From contig CAWJTV010000031.1 in the NCBI GenBank assembly GCA_963845755.1, positions 1 to 64,000 on the forward strand: a DNA stretch of 64,000 nt, in the 5' to 3' direction. Positions within the stretch are counted from its first letter, which is position 1; the number at the start of each line of letters is the position of its first letter. Positions 1 to 8,459 of this stretch are shown in pieces. This DNA is from an uncultured Planctomycetota bacterium (lineage in GTDB: Bacteria > Planctomycetota > Planctomycetia > Isosphaerales > Isosphaeraceae). The translations under genes and the position numbers were made by a program. The notes beneath the pieces were generated by a model that was given only the letters and a program-made list of their open reading frames with translations, was not told the DNA's origin and made no database searches.

Positions 1-147
1 GCCGACGCCCTCGGGGTTAGCCGCCGAGCGATAGAGCGAGAACGAGCCGCCGGTCGGTTCCCTCGACCCGACCTGACCATCGGGAAAATGCCGCTTTGGA
101 GGATTGAAACGGTCCAGACCTTCCTCGAAAGGGGGAATCGCAAATGA
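1..147 (+). CDS. AlpA/excisionase-like winged-HTH protein (5' partial; absent from ORF track)
   Basis: Frame 1 reads ADALGVSRRAIERERAAGRFPRPDLTIGKMPLWRIETVQTFLERGNRK*, an AlpA-type pattern. Its TGA (145-147) overlaps the next ATG (144) as ATGA. Confidence 0.75.
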   Translation, partial: ADALGVSRRAIERERAAGRFPRPDLTIGKMPLWRIETVQTFLERGNRK

Positions 148-1361
148 TTTTGCCCCCTTACGACGCTTGGGTCTTGGCCCGGCTGACGGCCGACCTGCCC
201 ATAACCGCCGCCGAACTGGCCGCCGTGTCCAGCCCGTGGCGACCGCTGGCGGACCGGCTAGCCGCTGCGACACCGGCGGTCCGCCTTGCGATCCTCGAAG
301 GGTTCAGGTTGGCGCAACCGGACCCGGACGCGATTGTCAAGGTGATCGCCAATGCCGTCCCGATAGGACCGCCGCCGGTTGTCGCGACAAAGCGACTAAC
401 CGCTCATCTCGGGGACCTGGCAGCGTGCCAGAGCAACGGCCGTTTCATCTGGCTGTACCATCTGGTCAGAGGACATCTCAATCTTCTCTCGTCTGATCCC
501 AAGGTCGGCAAGACGCACCTGGCGCTTGACTTGGCGTACCGGATTTACTTCGGCTTGCCATGGCCGGACGGACAGCCCCCGACGTTCCCCGCGGGAACCA
601 AGACCCTCTGGATCTGCGGTGACAGACACCAAGACGAGCTGAGGGAGCGTGCCGCCGCGTTCGGTTTGCCTCTCGAGGGACTTCTGCTCAACTCCAGCCC
701 GGATGAACCTTACGGGGGATGGGACCTTGATGACCCCAAGAACGTCGTCGCCCTCGGGGATCGCGTTCGGGCTGAACAACCCGCTTTCGTCGTGATTGAC
801 ACGATTTGGCGTGCGACCCGTCGCCGACTGCATCGAGAGGATGAGGTCAATGCCCTGTTCGATCCGCTCATCACCATGGCACAGCAATGCGATACGGCCC
901 TCCTCGGGCTGATGCACCTGAGCAAAGACCACGAGACACTTGGCCGCCGTCTCGAGGGTTTAGCCCGCTCCATCCTCAAGCTGTTCAAGCCGGACCCCGA
1001 CCAACCCAACCGCCGCAAGCTGATCGTGATCGGCAACTTCAAGGAGCCGCCGGCCCTCGGGGTGACGATCCGCGACGGGGGATGCGACTTCGATTTCATG
1101 CCCCCCGAGGAACCCACCAAGAGCCCGGGAGGCCGCCCCCCGATCAAACTCGACAAGGCGATCGCGTTCATCGAAACCGAACTGGCCGCTGGGGACCGCA
1201 AGGGATGCGAGGTCATCGACAAGTGGCTGACCCTTGGCGAGTCGAAGAGCCCCATCTTCGACGCCCGTAAGCAAATGCAAGCCGAAGGTCGGCTTGTCGT
1301 TGACGATTCCCGGAAGCCCCAGATTTGGCACCTGACTAAGTCGGGAACCCCTTCCCCATAG
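144..1361 (+). CDS. AAA_25/RepA-like (RecA-fold) replicative helicase
   Basis: Walker A SDPKVGKT, Walker B FVVIDT, and a LGLMH motif typical of AAA_25 proteins. Confidence 0.8.
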   Translation: MILPPYDAWVLARLTADLPITAAELAAVSSPWRPLADRLAAATPAVRLAILEGFRLAQPDPDAIVKVIANAVPIGPPPVVATKRLTAHLGDLAACQSNGRFIWLYHLVRGHLNLLSSDPKVGKTHLALDLAYRIYFGLPWPDGQPPTFPAGTKTLWICGDRHQDELRERAAAFGLPLEGLLLNSSPDEPYGGWDLDDPKNVVALGDRVRAEQPAFVVIDTIWRATRRRLHREDEVNALFDPLITMAQQCDTALLGLMHLSKDHETLGRRLEGLARSILKLFKPDPDQPNRRKLIVIGNFKEPPALGVTIRDGGCDFDFMPPEEPTKSPGGRPPIKLDKAIAFIETELAAGDRKGCEVIDKWLTLGESKSPIFDARKQMQAEGRLVVDDSRKPQIWHLTKSGTPSP

Positions 1362-1494
1362 GGGGGAGAGGGTTTCCGACCTGGGATGAACCCGAGTCTG
1401 AAACCGTCGGAAACCGGCTTTCCGACTGTTTCAGACCGGCCGAAGTCAGAGGTCGGAAACCCCCCGCTCTATAGGGAATCGAGGTTACCGACCT
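1340..1494. repeat. Three adjacent inverted repeats built from GTC(G/T)GAAAC; candidate replication origin
   Basis: Pairs at 1340/1380 (gtcgggaaccc...gggtttccgac), 1396/1436 (gtctgaaac-c-gtcggaaa...tttccgac-t-gtttcagac) and 1450/1494 (aggtcggaaacc...ggttaccgacct). Confidence 0.75.
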
Positions 1495-1525
1495 GAGACT
1501 TGATCGAGCCCGAGGGGGGATATCG

Positions 1526-2750
1526 ATGCTGGTTGGTCCATGGGTGATGACCGTTGAGCGAGGTCGGATCGACTGGCCGACGGTCCGCGATCAGATCGAC
1601 TTGGCTGCCATGGCGACCGCCCTCCTTGGCCCGGCCCCCGGCCGCCGGGGAGAGCGTGGCCGACGGCTGTGGTGGCGTTGCCCGTTCCATGAGGATCGGA
1701 ACCCCTCACTGGCCATCGAGCCTGGCAAGCCGTGGTGGAGATGCTGGGGTTGCTCCGAACACGGGGACGCCGCCGCGCTGGTGATGAAGGTTCGCGGGGT
1801 GGCGTTTCCCGAAGCGATCCGCTGGCTTGCCGAGCGAGCCGGCATCGCCCCCGCCTCGATGGGATCGGCCGCCAGCCAGCCCGTTTCCTCGATGGTCCCG
1901 AGGCCCCAGGCCGCCAGCCCCGCCAAGGCCCCTGACGCCGCGCCAGATCGATCGACCGGCTTGAGCCCGGCCGATGCTCTGGCTTTGGTTGAGACCGCCG
2001 AGCGAGCCCTCTGGACGCCCGAGGGAGCGGAAGCCCTGGCTGTACCTGCAAGGCCGCGGGTTGAGCCCCGAGACCATCCGTCAGGCCCGCCTGGGATGGA
2101 CGCCTCGGGTGACGTTGCCGACTTCGGACGGAGCCCGATTCTGGCGAGCGTCCGGGATCGTCATCCCTTGGCTCGATGGGAACCGCTTGGCCCTGGTCAA
2201 GATCCGCCAGCCCGAGGGGACCCGGCCGAAGTACGCCGAAGCATTCCGGGATAGCCCAAGAGTCTTTCCCTCGATGGCATCGATCCGGCCCGGCGCGACG
2301 CTGATCGTTACCGAGGGAGAATTCGACGCCATCTTGCTTGGCCAAGAGCTTGGCGAGCTGGCCGCCGTCGTGACTCTCGGGAGCGCCTCGACCCGGCCCG
2401 AGGGATCCGCCCGGCTGGCCATGCTCCGATGCCCTCGATGGTATGTCGCCCATGACGCCGATGATGCCGGGGATAAGGCCGCCGCCGAGTGGCCCGACCG
2501 TGCGATCCGGGTAAAACCCCCCGATGGGAAGGATTGGACGGACGCCCATCGAGCCGGCATCGACCTACGGCGATGGTGGGTCGAGGAAGTTTTTCCTCTT
2601 GATGACGTTTTTGACAAGGAAGAGCGCGCCGGAATCATCGAGTTCGACGGGGGGTTGTCCCGAGCCGAAGCCGAGCGATTGGCTGGCGTGCCGTCCGCTG
2701 GGGATGGACCGAGCCCGCGAGCGTTTCCATGCCGGGCGTCGAACAATTGA
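1526..2750 (+). CDS. DNA primase: CHC2 zinc finger + Toprim (one apparent frameshift near 2041)
   Basis: Zn finger CPFHEDRNPSL...RCWGC in ORF 1526-2254. Toprim motifs IVTEGEFDA, HDADDAG and KDWTD, plus a C-terminal EERAGIIEFDGGLSRAEAE motif, in ORF 1974-2750. Confidence 0.85.
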
Positions 2751-2794
2751 GTCCCGACGGAATCGTAGTTTTTCGTAGTTGCAGGATACCAACT

Positions 2795-3172
2795 ATGAGC
2801 ACTCATCGATCGACCTGGAAACGCCGCGAACGCAATGCCGCCCGCCTGTTCGGTGCCGAACGCCAGCCCGGATCCGGATCCGGTGGCCGTCGTGATCAGA
2901 CCCGGAGCGATTCGACCCATGAGACCCTCTATATCGAGGCCAAGTTGCGAGCGTCGTCCGCCGTTCGATCCCTCTGGGAGAAGACCGCCGCCGCCGCGAA
3001 GCTGGAAGGCAAGACACCCTTGCTGATGCTCTATGCGAAGGGCAAGCCGGGAGGATTGATCGTCTGTCACGAGACCCACCTTGCCTCCGTGGCTGCCGAG
3101 TTGCGGACCGCTCCGGGACCGCCAAGCGAGCCGATCCCGCACATCGAGGACCCCGAGCTGTTTCCTCCCTGA
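2795..3172 (+). CDS. PD-(D/E)xK nuclease, Holliday-junction-resolvase-like
   Basis: WKRRER...PGSGS...RSD...LYIEAK pattern; ATG at 2795. Confidence 0.6.
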   Translation: MSTHRSTWKRRERNAARLFGAERQPGSGSGGRRDQTRSDSTHETLYIEAKLRASSAVRSLWEKTAAAAKLEGKTPLLMLYAKGKPGGLIVCHETHLASVAAELRTAPGPPSEPIPHIEDPELFPP

Positions 3173-3283
3173 GCCGCCATACGCCCCGCGGCGAGCCTGA
3201 GGCGCCTTCGGATGATCGATCCCGCGATCTGGCCTGGCTACGCCTCTCCAGTTGGGCATCTCGCGGTAACTGGGCAGAAAACG

Positions 3284-3505
3284 TCATTGAGGCCGTGTCT
3301 GGTAGCGCGTCTCCCGGACCGGCCGAACGACCGTATAGCGTTGTCCCGTCGGGCTGACATGGTAGACCGGCCGCATGACCGTATACGAAATGAGCTTGGA
3401 GCTTCGTGAGGCCGACCTCGCCTTCTCGATTTGCATCCCGACCCAGAGTGATAGGGCGATGACCGCGATCAAGGCCATGATCGTGCATAGGCGAAACCGT
3501 CGCAT
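3284..3505 (-). CDS. Small planctomycete-type single-TM/secreted protein
   Basis: Basic N-terminus followed by a hydrophobic helix (MRRFRLCTIMALIAVIALSLWVG); GGAGG RBS upstream. Confidence 0.55.
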   Translation of the reverse strand: MRRFRLCTIMALIAVIALSLWVGMQIEKARSASRSSKLISYTVMRPVYHVSPTGQRYTVVRPVRETRYQTRPQ

Positions 3506-3684
3506 AGCTTCCTCCCGGCGAAAGTTGAGAGTACCACGACCATGTCAGGATCGTATCGACAATCGGTATCCGTTGCGAGCCGAAGCTTGTCGGTGATTCC
3601 CTCGGAGTGTACCGAGAAAACGTGAACAGTCTCGAAACCCATTTCCTAGGATTAGCAAAATCCAGAAATCTCACGAGACTACAC

Positions 3685-3714
3685 TTGACTTTACGGCAAG
3701 CGCCTGGATATAAT
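3685..3714 (+). promoter_or_regulatory. Sigma70-type promoter for the Zn-finger/XRE/integrase operon
   Basis: TTGACT (3685-3690), 18 bp spacer, TATAAT (3709-3714). Confidence 0.7.
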
Positions 3715-3822
3715 CTTGATGTGGGGTTGAGGGACTGGCCCTTGACCCGCAAACAAAAATGGCCGGCTGAGTGCAGCGAACACCCAACCGGCCGATGGCA
3801 AGCCTGTATGAGAGGCTCACCA

Positions 3823-4197
3823 ATGACCACCCTGTTCGATTCCGCCGCCCCCGTCAAGCCTCAGTCGTTCGGCCGTGGGATTCCTTCCGCACGCCGCCTG
3901 CCCTTCGTTCCCTCCATCGAGGATCTGAACTGGGCTGCCCAGATGTTCGGCGAACTTGAGGATACTCGCCTCCATGAAGAGCCTGAGACCCGCCAACTCG
4001 AAGAGCAAGCCGCCGAGGCGCTGTGGTATCACCAGTTTGACGACAACATGCCCCAGACTGGCCACTGCCTCAACTGTGGCGATCGTTGCGACGATCTGAC
4101 GTCTCAGGGGCTTTGCGACCGTTGCGATACGCTGGCCACCGAAGATTCCATCGCGTGCGTCAACCAGTTGCACGGTCTCGGCCGCCGGGTATTCTGA
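3823..4197 (+). CDS. Hypothetical protein with C-terminal CxxC...CxxC zinc ribbon
   Basis: CLNC...LCDRC; GAGG upstream of ATG 3823; lies downstream of a near-consensus promoter. Confidence 0.6.
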   Translation: MTTLFDSAAPVKPQSFGRGIPSARRLPFVPSIEDLNWAAQMFGELEDTRLHEEPETRQLEEQAAEALWYHQFDDNMPQTGHCLNCGDRCDDLTSQGLCDRCDTLATEDSIACVNQLHGLGRRVF

Positions 4198-4247
4198 GGC
4201 TCAATCCAAGGGGCAGGGACGCCCCGTATTCCATCGAGAGAGATCAA

Positions 4248-4472
4248 ATGATGTTCGGTCCGGAGTTGCGAGCAGTGGTCAAAGAGAGGCTCTGGGAGCG
4301 AGGGATTTCCCAGCGTGACTTGGCCCGGTTGGTAGGGGTGACGGAAGGTGCGATCTCCCGGTTCCTGAGCGGGGAGCGAGAGACAACCTTCGGGACGATC
4401 GACAAGTTGATGGACGCCCTCGGGTTGGAAATCGTGATCCGGCCCCGGCGCGGCGCGAATAAGGGGGAGTGA
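4248..4472 (+). CDS. XRE/Cro-C1 HTH regulator
   Basis: RGISQRDLARLVGVTEGAISRFLSGERE; abuts the integrase start. Confidence 0.85.
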   Translation: MMFGPELRAVVKERLWERGISQRDLARLVGVTEGAISRFLSGERETTFGTIDKLMDALGLEIVIRPRRGANKGE

Positions 4473-4473
4473 G

Positions 4474-6828
4474 ATGGCATCGTTCAGGAAGCGCGGCAAG
4501 TTGTGGTATTACCGGTACGTCAATGCCGATGGCGTCAAGATCGAAAGCAAGGGTTGCTCCGACCGCCGAGCAACCGAGGAAATGGCCCGGCAAGCCGAGT
4601 CAGAGGTTGCCCAGATCAAGGCCGGAGTGTTCGATCCGGCGGACTTGGCCTATCGGGATCATCAGGCCCGCCCGCTTTCGACACACATCGACGAATGGCA
4701 AGCGAACCTCGTTGCCGATGGCTCGACTCCCGAGCATGCCGAGTTGGCTTCCAATCGCGCGCGGCGGTTGGTCGCCATCTTGCTGGGTTCAGACTACGCA
4801 CTGAAAGGCGATCGCATCTTAAGGCCAAAGGATCGGCCCGGGTTTTTCGGGAAGGTCGTTGAGATCATCGCACCGGCCCGGCTGTCCCATCTCACGACCG
4901 AAAAGGTCCAGGCTGCGATCGGTAAGCTGAAGGACAGAGGGCTTTCGCTCCAATCCTGCAACCATTACCGCGCCGCGATCCGCGCTTTCTCCAAATGGTG
5001 CCATGACACCCACCGGACCCGGGAGCATGTTCTCCGAGGGGTCAAGGGGTTCAACGCCAAGGAAGATCGTCGGCACGACCGCCGGACCATCGCCCTCGAT
5101 GAACTGCAAACGCTCATCGGGGTTGCCGAGCGAGGCCCCATGGTTCTCGGGGTTGCAGGACCGGTTCGAGCCCTGTGCTATCGGCTGGCCGTGGCGACCG
5201 GCTTGCGTTACTCGGAGATCGCCAGCATCCAGCCCGACTCGTTCGACTGGGAGGCTTCCAGCGTCGCCGTGGCCGCTGCCTACACCAAGAACGGCCAGAA
5301 TGCCATCTTGCCCGTGGCGGACGATCTGGCGAGCGATCTGGCCGCCTACGTGGGAACGCTGGCCGCTGGCCAGCCCGTCTTCCCGCTGCCTAAACGCAAG
5401 GGCGCGGAGATGCTTCAAGCCGACCTGGCGGTTGCCGGCATTCCCTACCGGGATGGTTCCGGGTTGTTCTTCGACTTCCACAGCTTGCGGTGCCAGATGG
5501 CGACGCTGGCCGATCAGGCTGGCGTTTCTCCGCGGGTTGTGCAGCGTCTCATGCGGCATTCGAGCCTGGAATTGACCGGCCGATACACCCGGCCCCGTGC
5601 GGTTGACATCGAGTCAGCCGCCTCGATGCTCCCAAGTTTGAAGCCGAGAGGGAATCGGCCCGAATCGATGGCTGCAACCGGCACCGATGGCTGTTTTGCC
5701 CACCGACATCCGTACGATTCGACTGGCCCGGACGCCCTCGACGCCGGGAATTCCAGGCCGGACGCCCAACACATAAGCCAAGTCTTTGCCCACCATTTGC
5801 CCACTGGAGAGGCCGGTTCTGTGCGGACACAGCCGGAGACTGACGGAATGACAGGCTTAGATGTTCGGGAGTTGATGGAGGAGAAAAGCCTGAAAACAGG
5901 GGATTTGGCGCTTGAAGCCGGATCAGGACGGGGCTTGTCGCAAGAGGCGCCGGTGGGAGTCGAACCCACGTATAACGGTTTTGCAGACCGTCGCCTTACC
6001 ACTTGGCTACGGCGCCGAAGCAACAATCGTAGCGGGATTTCGGCCGGGTCGGCAAGATCGGTTTGCCGAGTGCCGCGATCGCGCGACCTATCACGCCCCT
6101 TCCTGGCCCCGCCGGGCAGGGGCGTCTCGGTAGTCGAGCGGGGGCTTCTGAGCGGGGCCGAGCAGCGCGCGGTACGGCCGGCCGGACAGTCGGCGACGCT
6201 GTTCGGCCCTGGCCGCGCGGAGGACGTTCGGCGATCGGAACAAGTCCCAGGCCGTTGCCGACAGCACGCGCGACGCCAGCAGCATTCCCTTGCGGCCGAT
6301 ACTCGTCCCGCCGGCCGCGACAGCCTGCCAGGAGTGGGCCGACGTCCCCGGGACGAAACAGGCCGCGGTGAATCCGGCCGTCGGCACAACCCAGGAGACG
6401 TCCCCCACATCAGTCGAGCCCGTGCCCGGCCGGCCGCTCTGATCAGCCACACGCGCCAGCGTCTCCAGCGAGGAGAGCGGCGTCGGGAGGCTCTGGCGAA
6501 TGCGCGCGGCGAACGCGGTCTCCCGCTCGTCGTACTTCAAATCGTTCAGCCGCACGAGGTTCGACTGGACGATCCGGCCGAGCGACTGATTGGGGAGGAT
6601 CTCCAGAATGCCGCCGAGGTACTCGGTCTCCAGACGCGCGTCGGTAGCCAGCGCGCCGGCCTCGGCGCACTTAAGCAGCCGCAAATAGAGCGTCTGTGCG
6701 ATGTCGGCCCGCGGATGGCGGATGTAGTAGAAAACCTCGGCGAAATCGGGGACCACGTTGGGCGCCTCGCCGCCCGCCGTGATGACGTGGTGGATCCGGG
6801 TGAGGTCCGGAGTGTGTTCGCGGAGTAG
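4474..6828 (+). CDS. int: Tyrosine integrase; folded part ends near 5640 but the ORF reads through the att site and tRNA
   Basis: Arm-binding-type N-terminus MASFRKRGKLWYYRY. Catalytic R (GLRYSE), K (TKNG), HxxR (HSLR), H (MRHS) and Y (RYT). No stop before the tRNA. Confidence 0.9.
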   Translation: MASFRKRGKLWYYRYVNADGVKIESKGCSDRRATEEMARQAESEVAQIKAGVFDPADLAYRDHQARPLSTHIDEWQANLVADGSTPEHAELASNRARRLVAILLGSDYALKGDRILRPKDRPGFFGKVVEIIAPARLSHLTTEKVQAAIGKLKDRGLSLQSCNHYRAAIRAFSKWCHDTHRTREHVLRGVKGFNAKEDRRHDRRTIALDELQTLIGVAERGPMVLGVAGPVRALCYRLAVATGLRYSEIASIQPDSFDWEASSVAVAAAYTKNGQNAILPVADDLASDLAAYVGTLAAGQPVFPLPKRKGAEMLQADLAVAGIPYRDGSGLFFDFHSLRCQMATLADQAGVSPRVVQRLMRHSSLELTGRYTRPRAVDIESAASMLPSLKPRGNRPESMAATGTDGCFAHRHPYDSTGPDALDAGNSRPDAQHISQVFAHHLPTGEAGSVRTQPETDGMTGLDVRELMEEKSLKTGDLALEAGSGRGLSQEAPVGVEPTYNGFADRRLTTWLRRRSNNRSGISAGSARSVCRVPRSRDLSRPFLAPPGRGVSVVERGLLSGAEQRAVRPAGQSATLFGPGRAEDVRRSEQVPGRCRQHARRQQHSLAADTRPAGRDSLPGVGRRPRDETGRGESGRRHNPGDVPHISRARARPAALISHTRQRLQRGERRREALANARGERGLPLVVLQIVQPHEVRLDDPAERLIGEDLQNAAEVLGLQTRVGSQRAGLGALKQPQIERLCDVGPRMADVVENLGEIGDHVGRLAARRDDVVDPGEVRSVFAE
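5695..5804 (+). repeat. TTTGCCCAC direct repeats (x3); candidate integrase arm-type sites
   Basis: Copies start at 5695, 5785 and 5796 (last two 11 bp apart), 140-250 bp from the tRNA 3' end. Confidence 0.55.
5945..6016 (-). tRNA. tRNA-Cys (GCA)
   Basis: Reverse complement GGCGCCGTAGCCAAGTGGTAAGGCGACGGTCTGCAAAACCGTTATACGTGGGTTCGACTCCCACCGGCGCCT folds as a cloverleaf with anticodon arm ACGGT-CTGCAAA-ACCGT. No encoded CCA. Confidence 0.97.
6026..6055 (-). promoter_or_regulatory. Putative tRNA promoter
   Basis: TTGCCG, 18 bp spacer, TACGAT on the minus strand just upstream of the tRNA. Confidence 0.45.
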
Positions 6829-8337
6829 CTCGGCCGCGTGGTTGGTCAGTTCCACAGCGTCCAGTGCCGATCGGCCCTTCTCGGGGGCCCCCGCGGCATG
6901 CGCGCTGGCGCCGTGGAACCGGAACTTTACGGCGATCCGGGCCTGACTGGAGATGTCGCCCGCGGAGTTCTCGCCCGCAGGGTGCCAGTGCAGGACGGCG
7001 TCGCAGTCGTCGAAGAGGCGATCCCGGACCATGAACGCCTTGGCACTGCCACCTTCCTCCGCCGGGCAGCCGTAGAATCGCAGCGTCCCCTTGAGCGTCC
7101 CGGCTCGGAGTGACTCCGCCAGGGCCAGGCAAGCCGACGCCGAGGCCACTCCGAACAGGTGATGGCCGCAGCCGTGGCCCGATGTCACGCCCGGTCGAGC
7201 CTCCTTCACCGGCACGGCCTGTTGCGACAAACCGGGCAGGGCATCGAACTCGCCCAGGATGCCGATCACCGGCTTGCCCGAACCGATCGTCGCGGTGAAC
7301 GCCGTCGGGATGCTGGCGACACCGCGCTCGACCCGGAAGCCGCCCTCTTCCAGGGTATTCGCCAGAAGCGCCGAGGATCGTTTCTCCTGGTAGCCAACTT
7401 CGGCCCAATCCCAGATCTTCCGCGCCATCTCCCACGAGGAATCGGCGTGCGCCGTGAGGTACGCGTCGATCGCCGCTTTGCCGAGACTCTCGGGATTCCC
7501 AGGCCCTCGGTTCGCTTCGACTGGCTCCAGTTTCAAGCCGAACTCACTCGAGACTCGACGCCGCTCGCGCAGGTCGAACTGTTCGCCGGAGCTGAGGAAG
7601 TAGTACTTCTTGCCGTCGTGGTCCTTGCCGTCGTAGATGCCGACGACCGTCTGGCCGATGACCTGAAATCGATCGCCCTTGACGACGACGGCTGACGGCT
7701 CGTCAAGCCCCAAGCCAAGAAGTCCCGGCTTCGCCGCGATGACGGCGACCAAGTCGTCCTGGCGGTCCCGGGTCAGCAGGTGCTGGTCGATGGCCACGCC
7801 CCGAAGGTAGCCGAAGCCTTCTTCATAACCCTTGGCCATCATGATCTGATTGCCCTCGCGCGCACCCCGGACAAGGTACGAGCCCTGGATGGTCGCCCCG
7901 GCCGACGATCCGCCGATCACCCCGCCCCGCTCCAGGACACCTTCGATCTCGCGCCGGGTCTTTGTGCCCATGTAGGAATCGACCAGTCGCCACTGCCGGC
8001 CGCCGCCGAACCAGACGCCACGCGCCGTCTTTAACGGTGCGACGAACGATTCCATGTCAGCCTCGGCCCGATTCCGGGTGTGCAGTATCGTCACATGCGT
8101 CAGGCCGAAACCTTGGGCAAACCGCTCGTGGATACGTTCCAGGTCCGGGTGTTCAACTTCGGTGGCTGTGGGAATCATCACGATCTCGGCGTCGGGGCCA
8201 CCAGCAAGCGCGACGAACGCGCGGACCGTCGCCGGGTTCTGTCCGCCGCCATCGATCACGAGTGAACCCGATTTCGGGCCCACGACCGGGCCGGGCTGGG
8301 CGAGCATAATGAGCGACACGATCAAGGCCGTGGGCAT
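6091..8337 (-). CDS. Fusion: signal peptide + cyanophycinase-like S51 peptidase + AbgB-like M20 amidohydrolase
   Basis: S51 motifs IPTA, GGGRQ, GGSSAGA, IDQH, GLDE. M20 motifs GEFDALPG, GHGCGHH, PAEEGG, HWHP, GSTDVGDVS. Confidence 0.85.
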   Translation of the reverse strand: MPTALIVSLIMLAQPGPVVGPKSGSLVIDGGGQNPATVRAFVALAGGPDAEIVMIPTATEVEHPDLERIHERFAQGFGLTHVTILHTRNRAEADMESFVAPLKTARGVWFGGGRQWRLVDSYMGTKTRREIEGVLERGGVIGGSSAGATIQGSYLVRGAREGNQIMMAKGYEEGFGYLRGVAIDQHLLTRDRQDDLVAVIAAKPGLLGLGLDEPSAVVVKGDRFQVIGQTVVGIYDGKDHDGKKYYFLSSGEQFDLRERRRVSSEFGLKLEPVEANRGPGNPESLGKAAIDAYLTAHADSSWEMARKIWDWAEVGYQEKRSSALLANTLEEGGFRVERGVASIPTAFTATIGSGKPVIGILGEFDALPGLSQQAVPVKEARPGVTSGHGCGHHLFGVASASACLALAESLRAGTLKGTLRFYGCPAEEGGSAKAFMVRDRLFDDCDAVLHWHPAGENSAGDISSQARIAVKFRFHGASAHAAGAPEKGRSALDAVELTNHAAELLREHTPDLTRIHHVITAGGEAPNVVPDFAEVFYYIRHPRADIAQTLYLRLLKCAEAGALATDARLETEYLGGILEILPNQSLGRIVQSNLVRLNDLKYDERETAFAARIRQSLPTPLSSLETLARVADQSGRPGTGSTDVGDVSWVVPTAGFTAACFVPGTSAHSWQAVAAGGTSIGRKGMLLASRVLSATAWDLFRSPNVLRAARAEQRRRLSGRPYRALLGPAQKPPLDYRDAPARRGQEGA

Positions 8338-8459
8338 GATAATCTCCTCACGCGACGGTGCCGGAATCAGCCAGCTCCGGAGAGTGCTCTACGAGCATCG
8401 AATCACTCAGTCTGAACCATTAGTGGTCAAAGAGCACCCTGAAGGAAGTGACTGAGGAA

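Larger units (their letters stand above)
1..5945. mobile_element. Integrated satellite/PICI-like element (left end outside the window) inserted at the tRNA-Cys 3' end
   Basis: Co-oriented alpA/xis, helicase, primase, nuclease, XRE and tyrosine integrase genes end at a tRNA 3' end. No capsid, terminase or conjugation genes in the visible part. Confidence 0.85.

Noticed and set aside
6017..6828. Integrase C-terminal extension as a real extra domain
   Set aside because: It is antisense to the tRNA promoter and the amidohydrolase gene and has low complexity. Treated as read-through.
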